NCBI GenBank assembly: GCA_951406725.2 | Contig: OX597814.1 | Coordinates: 203,856,001 to 203,920,000, forward strand | Length of the DNA stretch: 64,000 nucleotides | Reading direction: 5' to 3' | Source: Octopus vulgaris | Lineage: Eukaryota | Part shown: in pieces, positions 13,418 to 27,877 of the stretch | Layout: each line of letters starts with the position of its first letter | Numbering within the stretch: position 1 is the first letter of the stretch | The notes under the pieces: model-generated | The model's input: only the letters and a program-made list of their open reading frames with translations | What the model was told of the DNA's origin: nothing | The model's database searches: none | Position numbers and translations under genes: made by a program

Positions 13418-13693
13418 GAATATCTGATTGCTGTTTGTTTTCATTATTGGAGAACATCTTCCTTTAGCCAATGTGTATTCATAAGGGGACTTTGAGAGTG
13501 GTGTCCCAGCCTTATTGTATCTCCTTAGTCGAAGCTACCCTGGACTGATGAATCTAAAAAAAGTAGAGCAAACAAATCATTTGCTGATGCATGCTTCAAG
13601 GTCTCCTTACCAGGGGATCATATGTATTATGAACACACATCATCTAAAGGGAGATGTTCTCCTCTGAGGGATAACGACAGCAATCAGATATTC
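13418..13693. mobile_element. Fold-back / MITE-like element with about 67-bp imperfect inverted arms
   Basis: gaatatctgattgctgt...ggagaacatcttcctttag...ttcataa (13418-13484) is inverted at 13627-13693. Confidence 0.6.
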
Positions 13694-14450
13694 GCATTCG
13701 AATCTGCCAGAACATTAAGAAAGAATAGATACATTATTGTTTAGATTCCTGCTGTTCTGCATGCACTTCAGGAATTATTATCTGTTTGGTAGACATCAAC
13801 ACACATCAGAAAGTAATTTGTTTGCCGATTTCTATAAACAAGATGCACACACACTCTTGAGCATAAAAAAAAAAAGTGGTTCTTCTCATCAAACAACTTA
13901 AGCATTCCTTTTATAAGAGAATCAGTGATGTATAACTTCTGTGATAACCTTATGACTTTTACTCTCTCTCCTCTCAAAACACCATCCATAATCAATGCAC
14001 TATATCATACCCAGTAAATACAACCAAATTAAAACCAAACAAAACATCCCTCATACTCACCACACAAAAAGTCAATGAAACATTCTTAATGCATCGTTAA
14101 CAATCTTCATTCTAACAATCAGCATAATTTCTACTCGTCTCCTTCATATCAGACCACTTTCTCACAATTTTCATTGTGAATTAGATTGAACAAGGAAACA
14201 AAAACCAATCAGAACAAGGAAACAAAAACCAATCACATAGTCTTGTAATATTGTAAAATCCATAAACAGCAACAATTAAACCTTCAACATTATCCTCTGT
14301 CACCATCAAAACAGACACTTGGCGCCATTAAGCAAGGATTACACCAATTATTTTATTTCTTTTTTCTATATTTTCCTTCTAAAATCTGCTTTCCCACTTA
14401 ACCACAGCCCAATATTCTAGCTTATTTTCACTTTCATAGACAGTTTCATA

Positions 14451-14619
14451 GGTGCAGGAGTGGCTGTGTGGTAAGTAGCTTGCTTACCAACCACATGGTT
14501 CCGGGTTCATTCCCACTGTGTGGCACCTTGGGTAAGTGTCTTCTACTATAGCCTCAGGCCAACCAAAGCCTTGTGAGTGGATTTGGTAGATGGAAACTGA
14601 AAGAAGCCCGTCGTATATA

Positions 14620-14698
<79 letters not shown>

Positions 14699-14905
14699 TT
14701 ATATGTTTGTGTGTCTGTGTTTGCCCCCCAACATCACTTGACAACCGATGGTGGTGTGTTTTTGTCCCTGTAACTTAGCAGTTTGGCAAAAGAGACCGAT
14801 AGAATAAGTACTAAGCTTCCAAAGAATAAGCTCTGGGGTCAACTTGCTCGACTAAAGGCAGTGCTCCAGCATAGCCACAGTCAAATGACTGAAACAAGTA
14901 AAAGA
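14451..14905 (+). mobile_element. SINE family A, full length
   Basis: Colinear with the 8760 copy; long central (TA)n. Confidence 0.9.
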
Positions 14906-16607
14906 GAAAAGAGTCACTATCAGCTGTCCATATTCAATGCTGACATGGGTCAGATGGTTTGATAGGATCCAATGGATCCAAGGGCTGCATCATGCTCCAT
15001 TGCCTACTGTGGCTTGATTTCTATGGCTGGGCAACCTCCCTAATGCCAACCACTTAACAGCATGGACTGGATGCATTTTGTGGTACCCACACAAGTGAGG
15101 TTATCATGTAGCCAGCAAGACCAAGATCCCCTTTCGATTGGGACAACAGAAGAGACAGGGTAGCTTTATGCTCTGGGATGAGATGTTAAAGTGAGAGAGA
15201 GAGAGAGTGCCAGGAGAGAATAGATTTCTAGCTGTAGAGGAGCTACATGTCTGTTCACACAAAAGAGAGGAATGATAAGATGGAACTAGAGAGAGAGGAA
15301 TATGTATGTAGGGTGGAGCTGACAAACAGGATAGACAGAGATCAAAACATGAGTGTATATATGTGTGTATCTATCTATCTATATATTATTCATTATTAAT
15401 TTTAAAAATCTTAGGGTAGCAGAAAAAATTTATAGAAAAATTCTTTGCTTTGGAGGATTTTGAAAAATTATCTATCTATAAAGATGTATATGAATAAAAT
15501 CAAAGACTCAGGCATTTACAAATGTTTAGTGAATGTAATATTTACCTGGAAGAATTGGTTCACCATCAATATTTGTGAGATGGCAACAAACATCTTGTAC
15601 ACCTAACATATACATTCAGAAAGGGATCACATAATACACAGGCTCAATTACTTCTACATTACATTATATATTTAATCATTCTCTAAAATAATTCTGGTGT
15701 CATGATCCCTTGATAAAACATATGGTATGAAGCAATTTATCTGAGTAACAAAGATTTACAACGTTTAACCTACTTTCATCTCATTCAGCTTTAGTGCAAT
15801 GTGAATTCTACAGGCTTTCTTAATGGTGTTCTTACTCCAAAATATATCTCCTAATATAGAAGCCATTCTTTCTTAAGCCACTCCTATACCTCTCACCTTA
15901 CCCCTCTCCTTATTGGTATTTCCTTTCAACTACACCTCTATCTTTGTCCACCTACATCCACTCCAATTTTTAACTGTTACTCCCTGTTCACACTTTCATG
16001 AAAATATTCACCATCACTTTCTCTATCCTCCCCTCGCATGATTCATTATTTGTATTTTCTCTCATGCTCACCATCTTGTTCTTTGAGGTACTCCATCACT
16101 ACCTTCCTTTTATCTCCTTCGGCCATGTACCTCCTCCATAGAAAGACAGTAATGCTTGTCCCTCTATCATACTTTCATCTTTCAATATCTGACAAAAGGC
16201 CACCTTCCTCTCTCAAATACTCTCCCCCAAGTAGTGGGAGCTTTTCCCTCTTTGCCTGTTCTTTTTCTGTCTTGCAACTTACTTGGCATTCTTGTTAGTG
16301 CCAGTAGCACAAAAAATCCCACCCAAAACACTCTGTAAAGTGGTTGGCATTAGGAAGGGCATCCAGACAGAGATTATGCTAAAGCTCTCTCAGCTTGACA
16401 GTCTTGCACTTGCCAGATCCCTTCAAACCATCCAACCCATACCAGCATGGAATGATGATGAAGAGGATGAGAGAATCACTCCATATAATCTATGGGTGTA
16501 TAACGTAAATTCTCTTAGACAACTAAATCTAAGTCACTAAATCTACTTCAATGCAAAATTTTATTCCAGATGAATAACACAATGTTACTTAATGTTACAC
16601 AATGCTA

Positions 16608-16745
16608 TACCTGCTAGAAATAACTGTCAAATCTCCCTCAAATCACACTATACCATCTTTAAAAAGGAGGACAATATGAAAATATGACATATTCATGGCT
16701 GGAATGCCTTTGATCATAGATCTGCTTGATCAGGACTGGCCTGTA
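16608..16745 (+). repeat. Unclassified interspersed repeat family D
   Basis: cctgctagaaataactgtcaaatctccctcaaatcacac...gctggaatgcctttgatcatagatctg recurs at about 7630-7810(-), 45050-45300 and 61590-61760. Confidence 0.6.
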
Positions 16746-19700
16746 GTTAATATTTTTCTAGAGGAAATACTTAGAAAGTGATGATAGGTTGTCAATATGG
16801 AAGTTAAAGATAATTTGAGATGGGGGGGGGGAAGAAGTTTCAGATTTTGGCTTTGCAAAGAGAATGAAGTCAGAAGAAAAAAGTGGTGTTGTAGATTAAG
16901 TGAAATTAGAAAGGAACTGAAGTTGAAGGTTGTGTCTGAGGTGAGAGGGATGGCCAAGAGAAAGGGTGAAAAGTTAAAAGTGAACAAAAACAAAGCAAAA
17001 AAAATTAGAGACATAGTGAGAAGAGTGAGTGCTTGAAATAAAGATAAATAGAAAGAAAAGATGGAGTGTGAGAGGAAGGGGGAGGGGAAAACTGAGGGAG
17101 ACAAAGAATAGTAACTATTCAAAGGCACAGGAGAGGCTGTGTGGTAAATAGCTTGCTTACCAACCACATGGTTCTGGGTTCATTCCCACTGCGTGGCACC
17201 TTGGGCAAGTGTCTTCTACTATTATCATGTAGCCAGCAAGACCAAGATCCCCTTTCGATGGGGACAATAGAAGAGACAGGGTAGCTTTATGCTCTGGAGG
17301 ATGATGAGAGAGGAGCCTTTAATTTACTAAAAACACCAGCCTTCAAATTATACTCTACTAAGACACATTTAACAATGTAGTCCATGATATATATAGTCAG
17401 ACATCGGGACAACAGTCTTTTGTCAGTTCTGTTTTTAAGATCATTATTTTTTCCTTGCTGGGATGGTTCATATGGAACTTGTCGGGGAAAATTTTCTACA
17501 GCTGGATGCTCTTTTTGTCACTAACCCTTATCTATTTTCCAAGTGAAGTCATTTTTTGAAGCCAATGGTCTTCAATCAAAAGCTGAAGCTATAGGGGACT
17601 TTTCACTTACCAGAGAATGTAAACAAAGCTATTGTTTATAGTCAAACCATGTTAATGATGGCATGGAATCAATCACACACACAAATACACACATGTAGGA
17701 TTAGGGACTTCTCAGTTCCCATCTATGAAACCCACTTATAAGGCATTGGTTGATATGAGATTATTAAAAAACACCCAAGGTGCCTTACAGTGGGACTGAA
17801 CCCAGAACCATATGTAATAAACTTCATAACCACACATTGATGCCTTCACCTGAGACACATATGAGATGTTTATATACAAAGACAAAAGGATTATGGTTTG
17901 AACAATTTTGATCACAAGTTTGTTTGATCAGAGCTGACCCAGGGCTAAACAACAGCAATTATTTACAGATCCACACATAAACAGACATATGCACATACTC
18001 ACAAACCTGTACACAGAAGCAGGCACAACTCAGCCAGTTTATTTGTATAGAACAATGTTATTAATTTTGAATGAAAAGAAGAGTGGATCAGCATTACGCT
18101 GACATGATTAAACCATTTCCAAATAGCTTTAATGTAATACTTTCTGGCCATAAAGACTTTTTTGTCAGGCTGGCAATAACCAACACAAGAAATATGTTCT
18201 CGTATAAAAGTTAACTTTTCATGTGCATCAAATCATAATCTCGGTTAATGGAAGTCTATTATACACATTTTAGACAAACATTTGTGTATTTAGCCAGTAG
18301 AATGTTTTGTCCAAGGTATTTTCCCATCAGTCATATTGTTTTAAAATATAATTTATTAAAATGAATTTTAATTCTTTGAAATAGATCAAATATTTTAATA
18401 AGAATATTACTGAAGTGGTGTTTTAAAGGGTAGTGAGGGGTTGAATGAGGAATGGCAGCAGTTACATAATCAATTTGTTAACAGAATCTCTTAGAAAAGA
18501 TTATAGATACAAATGAGGTTGTGTGGCAAAGGAGCTTACTTCAGGTTCAATCTGACTATGTGGCACTTTGGGCAAATATTTTCTACTCTAGTCTGAAGCT
18601 AACCAAAGCAGTGTGAATGGGTTTGATTGATGACAACTGAAAGAAGCTGTGTGTGTGTGTGTGCACGCGCACGCATATATGCAAATATAGTTAGACAGAT
18701 ACATACATATGTACACATGTGTGTATATGTATATATGTGTGTATGTATATATTTTTGTGCCTCGTTTACTAGACAAAGTAATAGCTTAAACGAGTGTCAC
18801 AAGCAATGTCATTCATTTTCAATATTCTACAAAACCTTGTTTGGCCATGAGGAAATATTACTTTGCTTGGAAACAGGTGAGGCTGGCAACAGGAAGAGAA
18901 TTCAGTCATCAGAAATCTGATAATTCCACCTGACCCATGCCAGCATGGAAAAGTGGATGTGAAAACAATAATGATTATGATGATGTGTATTATTATTTTT
19001 TTCTTCAGGCAATAAAATGTTTAGTTTGGTTATCTTGCAGAAAAGTACCATCATAAACTGATTTCTAAATGTAACATAAAAATTATAATTAATATTATGG
19101 TGAAAGTGGTGTTAAAAACAAAAACCGTAAAGAAATAAAACTCTGGTAATGAATTGAGAATCTATGCACAGAAATGATAGATTGTTGGAATATAGGGCAG
19201 ACGTATTGATAGTAAGAACAAGGGGTGGCCATGGGGTGGGAGTATCTATTACAGCGTACCATCATTGTAAAAAGAAAAAAAATTTAAATTAAAGAAAATA
19301 TGAAAAAGGTAAATTTTATTTTAAATTGTTGATTGAAATCATTTCAAGAAATTTTAACAAAGCTATATCTAAAATATTGAAAATGATTCTGTAGAATCAT
19401 TAAGGGGGAAGAGGACAAGAATCAATAAATTTGTTCGAATGTGATTTTGGATGATTTAATTAGAGATGGAAACAGAAGATATAGGAAAATGGCATATTAA
19501 TATGACAGTGGATATTATCTTGTCTTCAGTGATAACCATGAAATTACATCAGAGTTTCAGAGAAGCATTTTATAGTTTCACCAATATCATATGCAGACCA
19601 TTGTTAGAAATGAATCTAGAAAGAATCCAAAGTTGTGAATAAGAAGAAAAGAATAAAAAATAGTGTTTAAACATTGTAACAAATTACTGAAGATACTTAA

Positions 19701-21874
19701 TGACAATGTAACGGTGGAGGAGTGAAAACCAGAGAAAATTGATAATGGAGATAGTTTAGGATGGCAACAATTATTATTATGAACTAGCAAGAATATTGTA
19801 ATAAGTATAGCATACAATATTAGATGTAAAATTATAATTGCATGATGAAAGGAAGGAAAGAAGAATGCTAAGTTCTTGATAATAATTATAAATGGGAATG
19901 ATTTATTTTGACAAGATTAAATTATAAAAGGACACAGATTAAAATCAACCCATCTCAATTCTCACCAGATATTACTGATACTTATATTTCTTTCATCTGG
20001 ATCAAATACCAAAGCTGACTCAGGCGGAATGTCATCTCAAACAAATCAGATACTCAACTAAATACAGTACCAAGTGTAGAGGTCGACTCTACATTTCATA
20101 CTGTTTAATATCGGAGATGAATGTAAAGTTTTCTTTACTGTAATAATGTGTTATTAGAAAGAGACATATCTAAAGATGTTATTTATTACACATGAATAAT
20201 TTAATTCTTCTGATTAGACACACAGTTTTAGATTTATTACAGAGAGGAAATGAAATAGTGATGTTCAGGTTAAATAAAACAGAGAAGCCAAATTGATCAT
20301 ATATTCATCTTCTGAGAACCTACCTCCACCACTCAACACTTGTAAATAATTAAGTCAGTCTTTTGCTAACATCTGTAAACTTTACTTCATAAATCACCTT
20401 CAGACCTTAATCTATGATGATGCACTTCTCTCTTCTCCAATAACTTCAACATCAGAACACACATTACTACAATCTTGCCTCAACTCTCAAATAATAGCTT
20501 GTTTACATCTGCCTTGCAGCTTCCCTTTGTGCTTTGCTATATTGCTTGCCTTCAATAATATCAAACCATAACTTTCTCCCAGGCCAAAGAGCCTTAACAA
20601 TTATTTAAGACAAACAGTTCACAAGTTAATGATAATCTAGTGAAATGTAATGAAATTGCTGACCTCCTTGCTATGGTTAACAACCAATGGTGAAAGAGGA
20701 TTGTGTGAACATCTCTTATGATGTTTACCTTTTATGGAAATGGAAGAGGATGTTGAAGGTGAGCAGAACAATTATTAAATTTTAACACTTCTCACTTAAA
20801 ACTGATAGCTCCAACAACTCCAGTTTGGAAATTATCATTTCGGAAAAATATATTTAGACAATAATCCCTAACCCAGAATTAATTTCATGTGTGTGCATGG
20901 GCGCATGCATGTGCACGCCCCTGTGAATGTGTGTGTGCATGCCCCAGTGCACACATGTGCTGGGGAGGTGAAATGGTGGACATGTATAGAAAAGCTAAAA
21001 TAATTCTAGATATGGGAATTAAATTGAAGATCTATATAATTTATTATCCATATATAACAATAACCAATGTAAATGTTGGTGGGTTGATTTCTCCAGTCCC
21101 GTTTTACATCATACAGAGAGGAGGAGAGAGTAAAAGAGAGAAACAGAGTTAACAAGAGGCGTAAGATAAGTGCACATACTGGGCTTGGTGGTAAACAATG
21201 AGTAGATGAACATTCGTTTGCTCAATGTTTGTCATCAAGCCTAGTAAGTGCATTCACCCTGCAACTCTCATATTAACTCTCTCTGTAACTCTCTTTCAAA
21301 ATATTCACTCCACTTTTAATTAAGTCACTAAAGCAATAAAAACTATCAACAACCTATCAAGAGCCTTCCAAGCGTTTAAAGTAATATATTTCATGTGTAC
21401 TCTTACAGCTAACTATGACTGAATCTGTTACATATGAAGTCTACATTCCCTGTGATTGCACCCAAAGTTTAAAATATATGAAATTTCTTTTTACTCCTTT
21501 TCTGTAGCACCACTTTCCTGATGGCAGTACAATCCTTTTGCATTTCTTGCAACCATAGCTTTAATCCTTACAAGATTTACTTGTGAGACCTGAGCCTTGA
21601 TGTACATCCACCTGGCTAATGGCATCTTGTTACCTTCCACCTGGCTGGAAACTTGCACCAGCAACATAAGTTCTGCGACCCCCCCCCTATCCCCAGCATA
21701 TTGTCTTGTATCTCATCTCCAGTTGTCTCTGTGTTATAAGTCCCTATCTACTCCTTCCTTCTGTCAAATGCATCAAATAGTATTTTTTTTTAACCAATGA
21801 CTGGTCAAAGACTTTCTAGGCTTCCATACCTTCTACAAGTTGTCTTTTGTCACTGGGTCAAAATTTGTTCAGGT

Positions 21875-22230
21875 CCTGGAGTGGCTGTGTGGTAAGTAGC
21901 TTGCTTACCAACCATATGGTTCCAGGTTCAGTTCCACTGCATGGTACTTTGGGCAAGTGCCTCAGTCTGACCAAAGCCTTGTGAGTGGATTTGGTAGACG
22001 GAAACTGAAAGAAGCCTGTCGTGTATATATATGTATATGTTTGTCCCCCCCCCCCCAACATCACTTGATAACCGATGCTGGTGTGTTTACGTCCCCGTCA
22101 CTTAGCGGTTAGGCAAGAGAGACTGATAGAATAAGTACTAGGCTTACAAAGAATAAGTCCTGGGGTCCATTTGCTTGACTAAAGGTGGTGCCCAAGCATG
22201 GCCGCAGTCAAATGGCACAAATAAAAAATA
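21875..22230 (+). mobile_element. SINE family A
   Basis: Colinear with other family A copies. Confidence 0.88.
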
Positions 22231-23414
22231 AAAGGGTATCCATAGTACAACATGCTCCTTAAAACTGTTGACCCAGATAATGAAGTTGCTGTCAGTAGAC
22301 TGTCTGCAGAGGGTCTCAAAAACGTGATCCCTCTATTTTTCTGCCAACCTTAATTGTAGTGCATATGAAAAAATGTTGCTGCCATGCTGGCAGTAAGTAA
22401 CCCAACTTTAATTACTGTATCTATCTATCCCTCAGCTAACAATATACCTACCCAGCACATCATATCACTGTTACTCATCCACAATAATGTTTACCATTGT
22501 TCCTTGGCCTGAGGCTCCTCTCTATTTGACCCCTTGTTTACAGCACACATCCATTCACCTGCATTCCAACTCCTTTGAATCTCTCCTCACCTACCTTTCC
22601 CCATGCTGACACCGAAACAGCCCTGAAGCTGAGGGATTATTTATTAATGTGTTGCAAAATATACTGAGGATCAGAGTAGTAAGAAGCCCTTGATGAACCC
22701 CATATTAACTTCTAGTAAAGTGATGATTTTATTTGAGAACAATTCACAAACACAACATAGCTCTGTATTTTACTGTGACCATTATTAAATAAGTTAATCA
22801 AACATCCTTCATTCATTATTTTTAACTAAAAAGGAATGGGGAAGACCACAGTTCATTTGCAAGAAATGACTGGTAAAGTCTGTTGGGGAAAAGTTTCCCA
22901 ATATAAATATTGCAGATCTATGAATGAAGGAGAGAAATGTTGGGGAGGGGACAGAATCAGAATTAATAAATAGCTTAGGAAAGCTTAGAAGGATTATTGC
23001 TGAAGATTACAAGCTGAATGTTTCTATCAATGAGCGACAGGATTACTGTTGTCAAAACAGATATCAAAGCCAGCATATATCTACATTGTACACCAAGTTA
23101 AAACAACAGTGTAAAACTACTACATATAACATCAGGTTTCAAAGCTAGTACAAATCATATAAAAAAAAATTTGTGTGTGTGTGTGTGCCCGTGCATGCAT
23201 GTATGTGTGTGCATGTGCACTAATGTGTAATTTAGTTTTCTAGTAGAAATATGAAACTGCTGTAATGAATAAACCTTTCATACTTTGAAACATAGAAAAC
23301 AAAATTTGACAGGGCAGTCATTCTTAATCACTCGCAAAAACAAGAAGGGCACAGATATTGAGGAGTTGGAGGGTCCTTTAAATTGGGACAGTTAAAGAGA
23401 TTATTTTGATATAC

Positions 23415-24037
23415 TCTTTTACTTGTTTCCATCATTTGACTGCGGCCTTGCTGGAGCACTGCCTTTAGTCGAGCAAATCGACCTCGGGACTTATTCTTTG
23501 TAAGCCCAGTACTTATTCTATCGGTCTCTTTTGCCGAACCGCTAAGTGACGGGGACGTAAACACACCAGCATCGGTTGTCAAGCAATGCCAGGGGTACAA
23601 GCACAGACACACAAACACACACACATATATATATATATATCGCCATGTTGATTCGTTAGTTACTGCACGCATATTTTTTTTTCTCTCCTTCTTTCTGTGT
23701 TTTTTTTCTCTGTGTATCTTTCTGTTGAAGAGCGTAGGCTCGAAACATTAAAGACTTGTTTTATTTATATTTCCTGAGCGCCATACTAATACAATTGTTT
23801 GTTTGTTTTCCACCTGCCTTCGTCTTTTGTCCTTTTTCATAAAGCTTCCCTATATATATATATATACATATATACAACAGGCTTCTTTCAGTTTCCGTCT
23901 ACCAAATCCACTCACAAGGCATTGGTCGGCCCGGGGCTATAGCAGAAGACACTTGCCCAAGATGCCACACAGTGGGACTGAACCCGGAACCATGTAGTTG
24001 GTTAGCAAGCTACTTACCACACAGCCACTCCTGCGCA
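23415..24037 (-). mobile_element. SINE family A (young, CpG-retaining), interrupted by a 210-bp insert
   Basis: Reverse complement of family A on both sides of 23641-23850. Confidence 0.9.
23641..23850 (+). mobile_element. Probable PLE terminal-repeat fragment inserted in the (TA)n tract of a SINE
   Basis: 210-bp non-SINE insert flanked by (TA)n on both sides. Contains tcttt-CTGTTGA-a-gagc-gtag-gctc-GAAA-catt-aaaga (23717-23754), a hammerhead-like fold. Confidence 0.6.
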
Positions 24038-24921
24038 TTGAACATTTCAGCTCATCACCATTATCATTTAATGTCCATCATCCATGCCGGCATGAGTTGG
24101 ATGGTTTGATTGTATACAATTGACCTGAGGCTGTGTTGGGCTCTAATGTCTGCTTTGACAAAGCTTCTAGGGTTGCATGCCCTTCTTAATGCCAGCCAGC
24201 ACACAGAGTGTATTGGGTGTTTTGTTTATCATGGTAGCGCAACTAGTGAAGTCATTAAGTAACTTGTCAGATCATGAATGGCTGGATGTGTAAGAAGGTT
24301 CATGAGGGTGTGACAGGAGAGTGACAGATGGTAAAGATGAGGATAAAAGTTAATGATGAACAAGGATGAAGGCATGAACACTAGTCTCAGTTTGAGGGAA
24401 TGTAAGGAAAATAGGAATGGATCATGGAGGAGATGGTAAGTGGTAATACATAAATAAAAGGGTGTGGAGAACAAAAATTTAATAAAACAGTAGATGAGAA
24501 AGAGGAAGATAAGGTTAATTAAGTATCATTATTTCTTATATATATATGTTCATTATTGAACTATTTAGCATTATATGTACACTTCCATCATTGTGAATTA
24601 TTTACATCGCAACAAATGGTATTGGAAACAGTATCTGAATTGGTGCTATGTGATTCTGACTATGCAGAACTATGGTTAAGAAGGTCTGTAGCAACCTCAA
24701 GAACAAAAGTAAATTGGGAAATAGTAATGAATCTGTTGGGGTGAATGAGATGATTACAGACTTATTAGTATTTAGAGAAACAACTGTAAGATTCATTGAG
24801 GGTTTATAGCAAGACATAAATAAAGGACATAAGCAGAACTGAAGTTGAGAAATATGTCATTCAATGCTTGTGGACTTCATGAAACAGTTGCATATTTCCA
24901 ACTATTACACTGTATATATAC

Positions 24922-24952
<31 letters not shown>

Positions 24953-27685
24953 ACATCAGTGTTTTAACATTCACAACTGAAACTTCAATACAGGGTATAC
25001 AAAATTGAAGGATTGATATAGAGTATATCTGTGAGTTAGGGGACATTCCAACTGTAGATTGCTTTCTTTTCATGAGTGTCTACCACTGACTGTCTTGTCA
25101 CATCATTTGTTTCCTACATATTGGAATATGAATAGGGGTCATTCATACCAATAGTTCTGTATTTCTATGGTGGTTTGAAAGAGAACCCAGATTTATTGTA
25201 TTAATACAAATGAGACTCACTGAAGCCATCCCATAATCCAAGAATGCAGAAACAATTATAGATGGAAAACATGTCACTCGATGCACATGTGAACTTCATA
25301 TAGTAAAAGTTTCATTATTTCAAACTATAACTCTCTACAAAACATCAGTGTCTTCACATGAAAGGACTTAATACACTACGTAGGCAACTTAAATAATACT
25401 TCTAAGGATCTTTTCACACAATTATAAGAGATATTGCATTCCAACAGAGTGCAGATTTCTTGTGAAATAGAGCCTAAAACTGTTGATGTCTAACATGTAA
25501 CCACTTTTCTTTGGACTATTGCTTAGTTACACTATTTCCTCATACCAAAAGGCAACAAAGTCCTACATTGATGGGGGTCTAAGATTCATATGACATTGCC
25601 CATGTCTTATTCCTTAGATGAGCATATGTGGTATAAAATCATTATGATCCAACACCAGAAAATACAAAGGTTGTGATGCAAACTGGAATGGACACTGCTC
25701 TCATTATAAGGCAGAGGGTGGGATTTGGTGTATAAAAAGTTTGGCTCCTGTACACCAAATCAAAATTATAGATCAACTGCTTGCAATAAGTGATGGTAAC
25801 TCAGTTTGAGAAGCACATATGTTAACAAACAGGGTCAAGCATATAGAAAAAGGGACCTAAGTTGTATTCAATTCACCCAGGATAGGTTTTAGAGGGATGT
25901 GAAGATATTATAATATTATAATAGAAACACAAAACTATTGCTATGAATAAACTCCTGAAAGGCTGGACTGTTGATGGTAAATAGCTATGAAGACAAGAAG
26001 GCCTACAACTCCATGAGTCAGAGGATCCCTTCACTTGTTAAATAGGCCTTTTTTCATACACACTGCATATATGCATACTATCAGTTATGTGTCATTATTT
26101 CTTGTTATATAAATAATCATTGCTGAAGTATTGCTAAATCTAAATTCTTGTCTCTGTGAATCATTTACCCCATAACATGTAGAAAATTACCCAGGATGAG
26201 ATATTATGGTAATACATAGGAAACACCTGCCTATGTCCAGCAAGTGATATCTTTTTTGATTCTTCTCTATTGACATCAGACCATTAATCAGAACATATTC
26301 ATTGCTTCACTCAACAATCATCAGTGAAAAATGTAATATTCCTGTTACACTGCATAAATATCAGTATAATAGACATATTTAATTCTGTTTGATCCACCAT
26401 TTCAATACAGCACACAGTTCATATAAAAGATATTTGTAATTTATGATTCCAAACCAAAGCACAATAAAGATTAACTTCTATAAAGTTACCATTCTATGAT
26501 CAATGGTTTGTCATCCTGGAGATAACAATGGACCATCAGCTACAGTTTATAAAGAACCAACATTTATATGAGAATCACAACACAATTGAAGATATTTCTT
26601 CCTAAAATACAATGAAATCCAATATATGGTCACTAAAAAAAAATAATATAAAAATATATGCATCATAAATACCAAATACTGTCAAAATTAATAAAAAATA
26701 AACACCTACAATATAAACCACAGAAAGTTACATAAAGTAGTTTTATCCATATTAGTGTTATAATGTCTAGCTACTATAATAATAATCATCGTTTCTAATT
26801 TGGAGACAAGAAATTTTTAGGAGAGGAGCAAGTTAATTTCATCAAGCTTATTACTAGATTGGTACTTATTGACCCTGAAAAGATGAAAGGCAAAATGGAC
26901 CTTGGCCGTATTTGAACTCTGAACATAAAGAACTAGAAGAAATGCTGCTATGCATTTTGTGCTCTAATGATTCTGCCAGCACACCACCATAATAATAATA
27001 ATAATTCTTTCTGCTACTGGCAAAAGTTAGGAAATTTGAAGGAAAGAAGTTAGTCAATTTCATTGAACACAGCACCTTAACCAAGCCTGAAAGAATGAAA
27101 AGCTAAGTTGACCTCAGCAAGATTTGAACTCATATCATAAAGAGCCATAACTTAAACACTACAAGGTAATCACTATATCATGCTGCTGCCACCACCACCA
27201 CCACCATCATCACTAATGTGACATTTGTATATAGTGCATAACTATTTAATTAGGGGTATCTAATTGTTGCATTTTCATTATGAGGTGGTTAATGGCATCC
27301 TCTTTGACCTCTTCTGGCTTTTCTCCAGCTTTTTAATGACATTTTCTATGTTGGCATCGTTAACTTGGATCTAATTGTTATTCTTTCCATTTAGCCTGGA
27401 TTTCTCACAGCCTCCACACTCTTTACTTTTGGTCACGAGTTTTCATGTTATTTTAAACATCCAACCTTAATGTATGCTTAGTCCATTCCTAACTCTCCTT
27501 CTACAAACAACACATTGCTTTAAACAATTGCAATTAGTCTGTTCTTAAGCTCTCCAAGAAGAGATATTGCCATTTGTATGTAAGCCATCCTTAATTGCTT
27601 TCTAGCAATTGAAGGCTAAATTTGAGGACCCTATTCCCATGTCAAAATGTTATTTCTAATATCATGTGGCTGTAAAGGATTTGTT

Positions 27686-27726
<41 letters not shown>

Positions 27727-27843
27727 ACGCACACACATACAGACATGCATATCCAAACACACACACAAACACAGTATTGAATGTTCTTAATATAAGGGAG
27801 GGGAGAAGCATTTTTGGATATTATATATATAATCATCATCATC

Positions 27844-27877
<34 letters not shown>

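Noticed and set aside
14188-14235. Perfect 24-bp tandem duplication containing CCAAT
   Set aside because: Simple slippage duplication in decayed sequence; no supporting promoter context.
16730-17167. 145-aa hydrophobic ORF
   Set aside because: Reverse complement of a purine-rich low-complexity tract running into a SINE head.
24900-26560. Possible very old L1/Tx1-like RT fossil on the minus strand (also endonuclease-like hints near 13700-14200)
   Set aside because: Only scattered weak peptide resemblances; needs a profile-HMM search to support.
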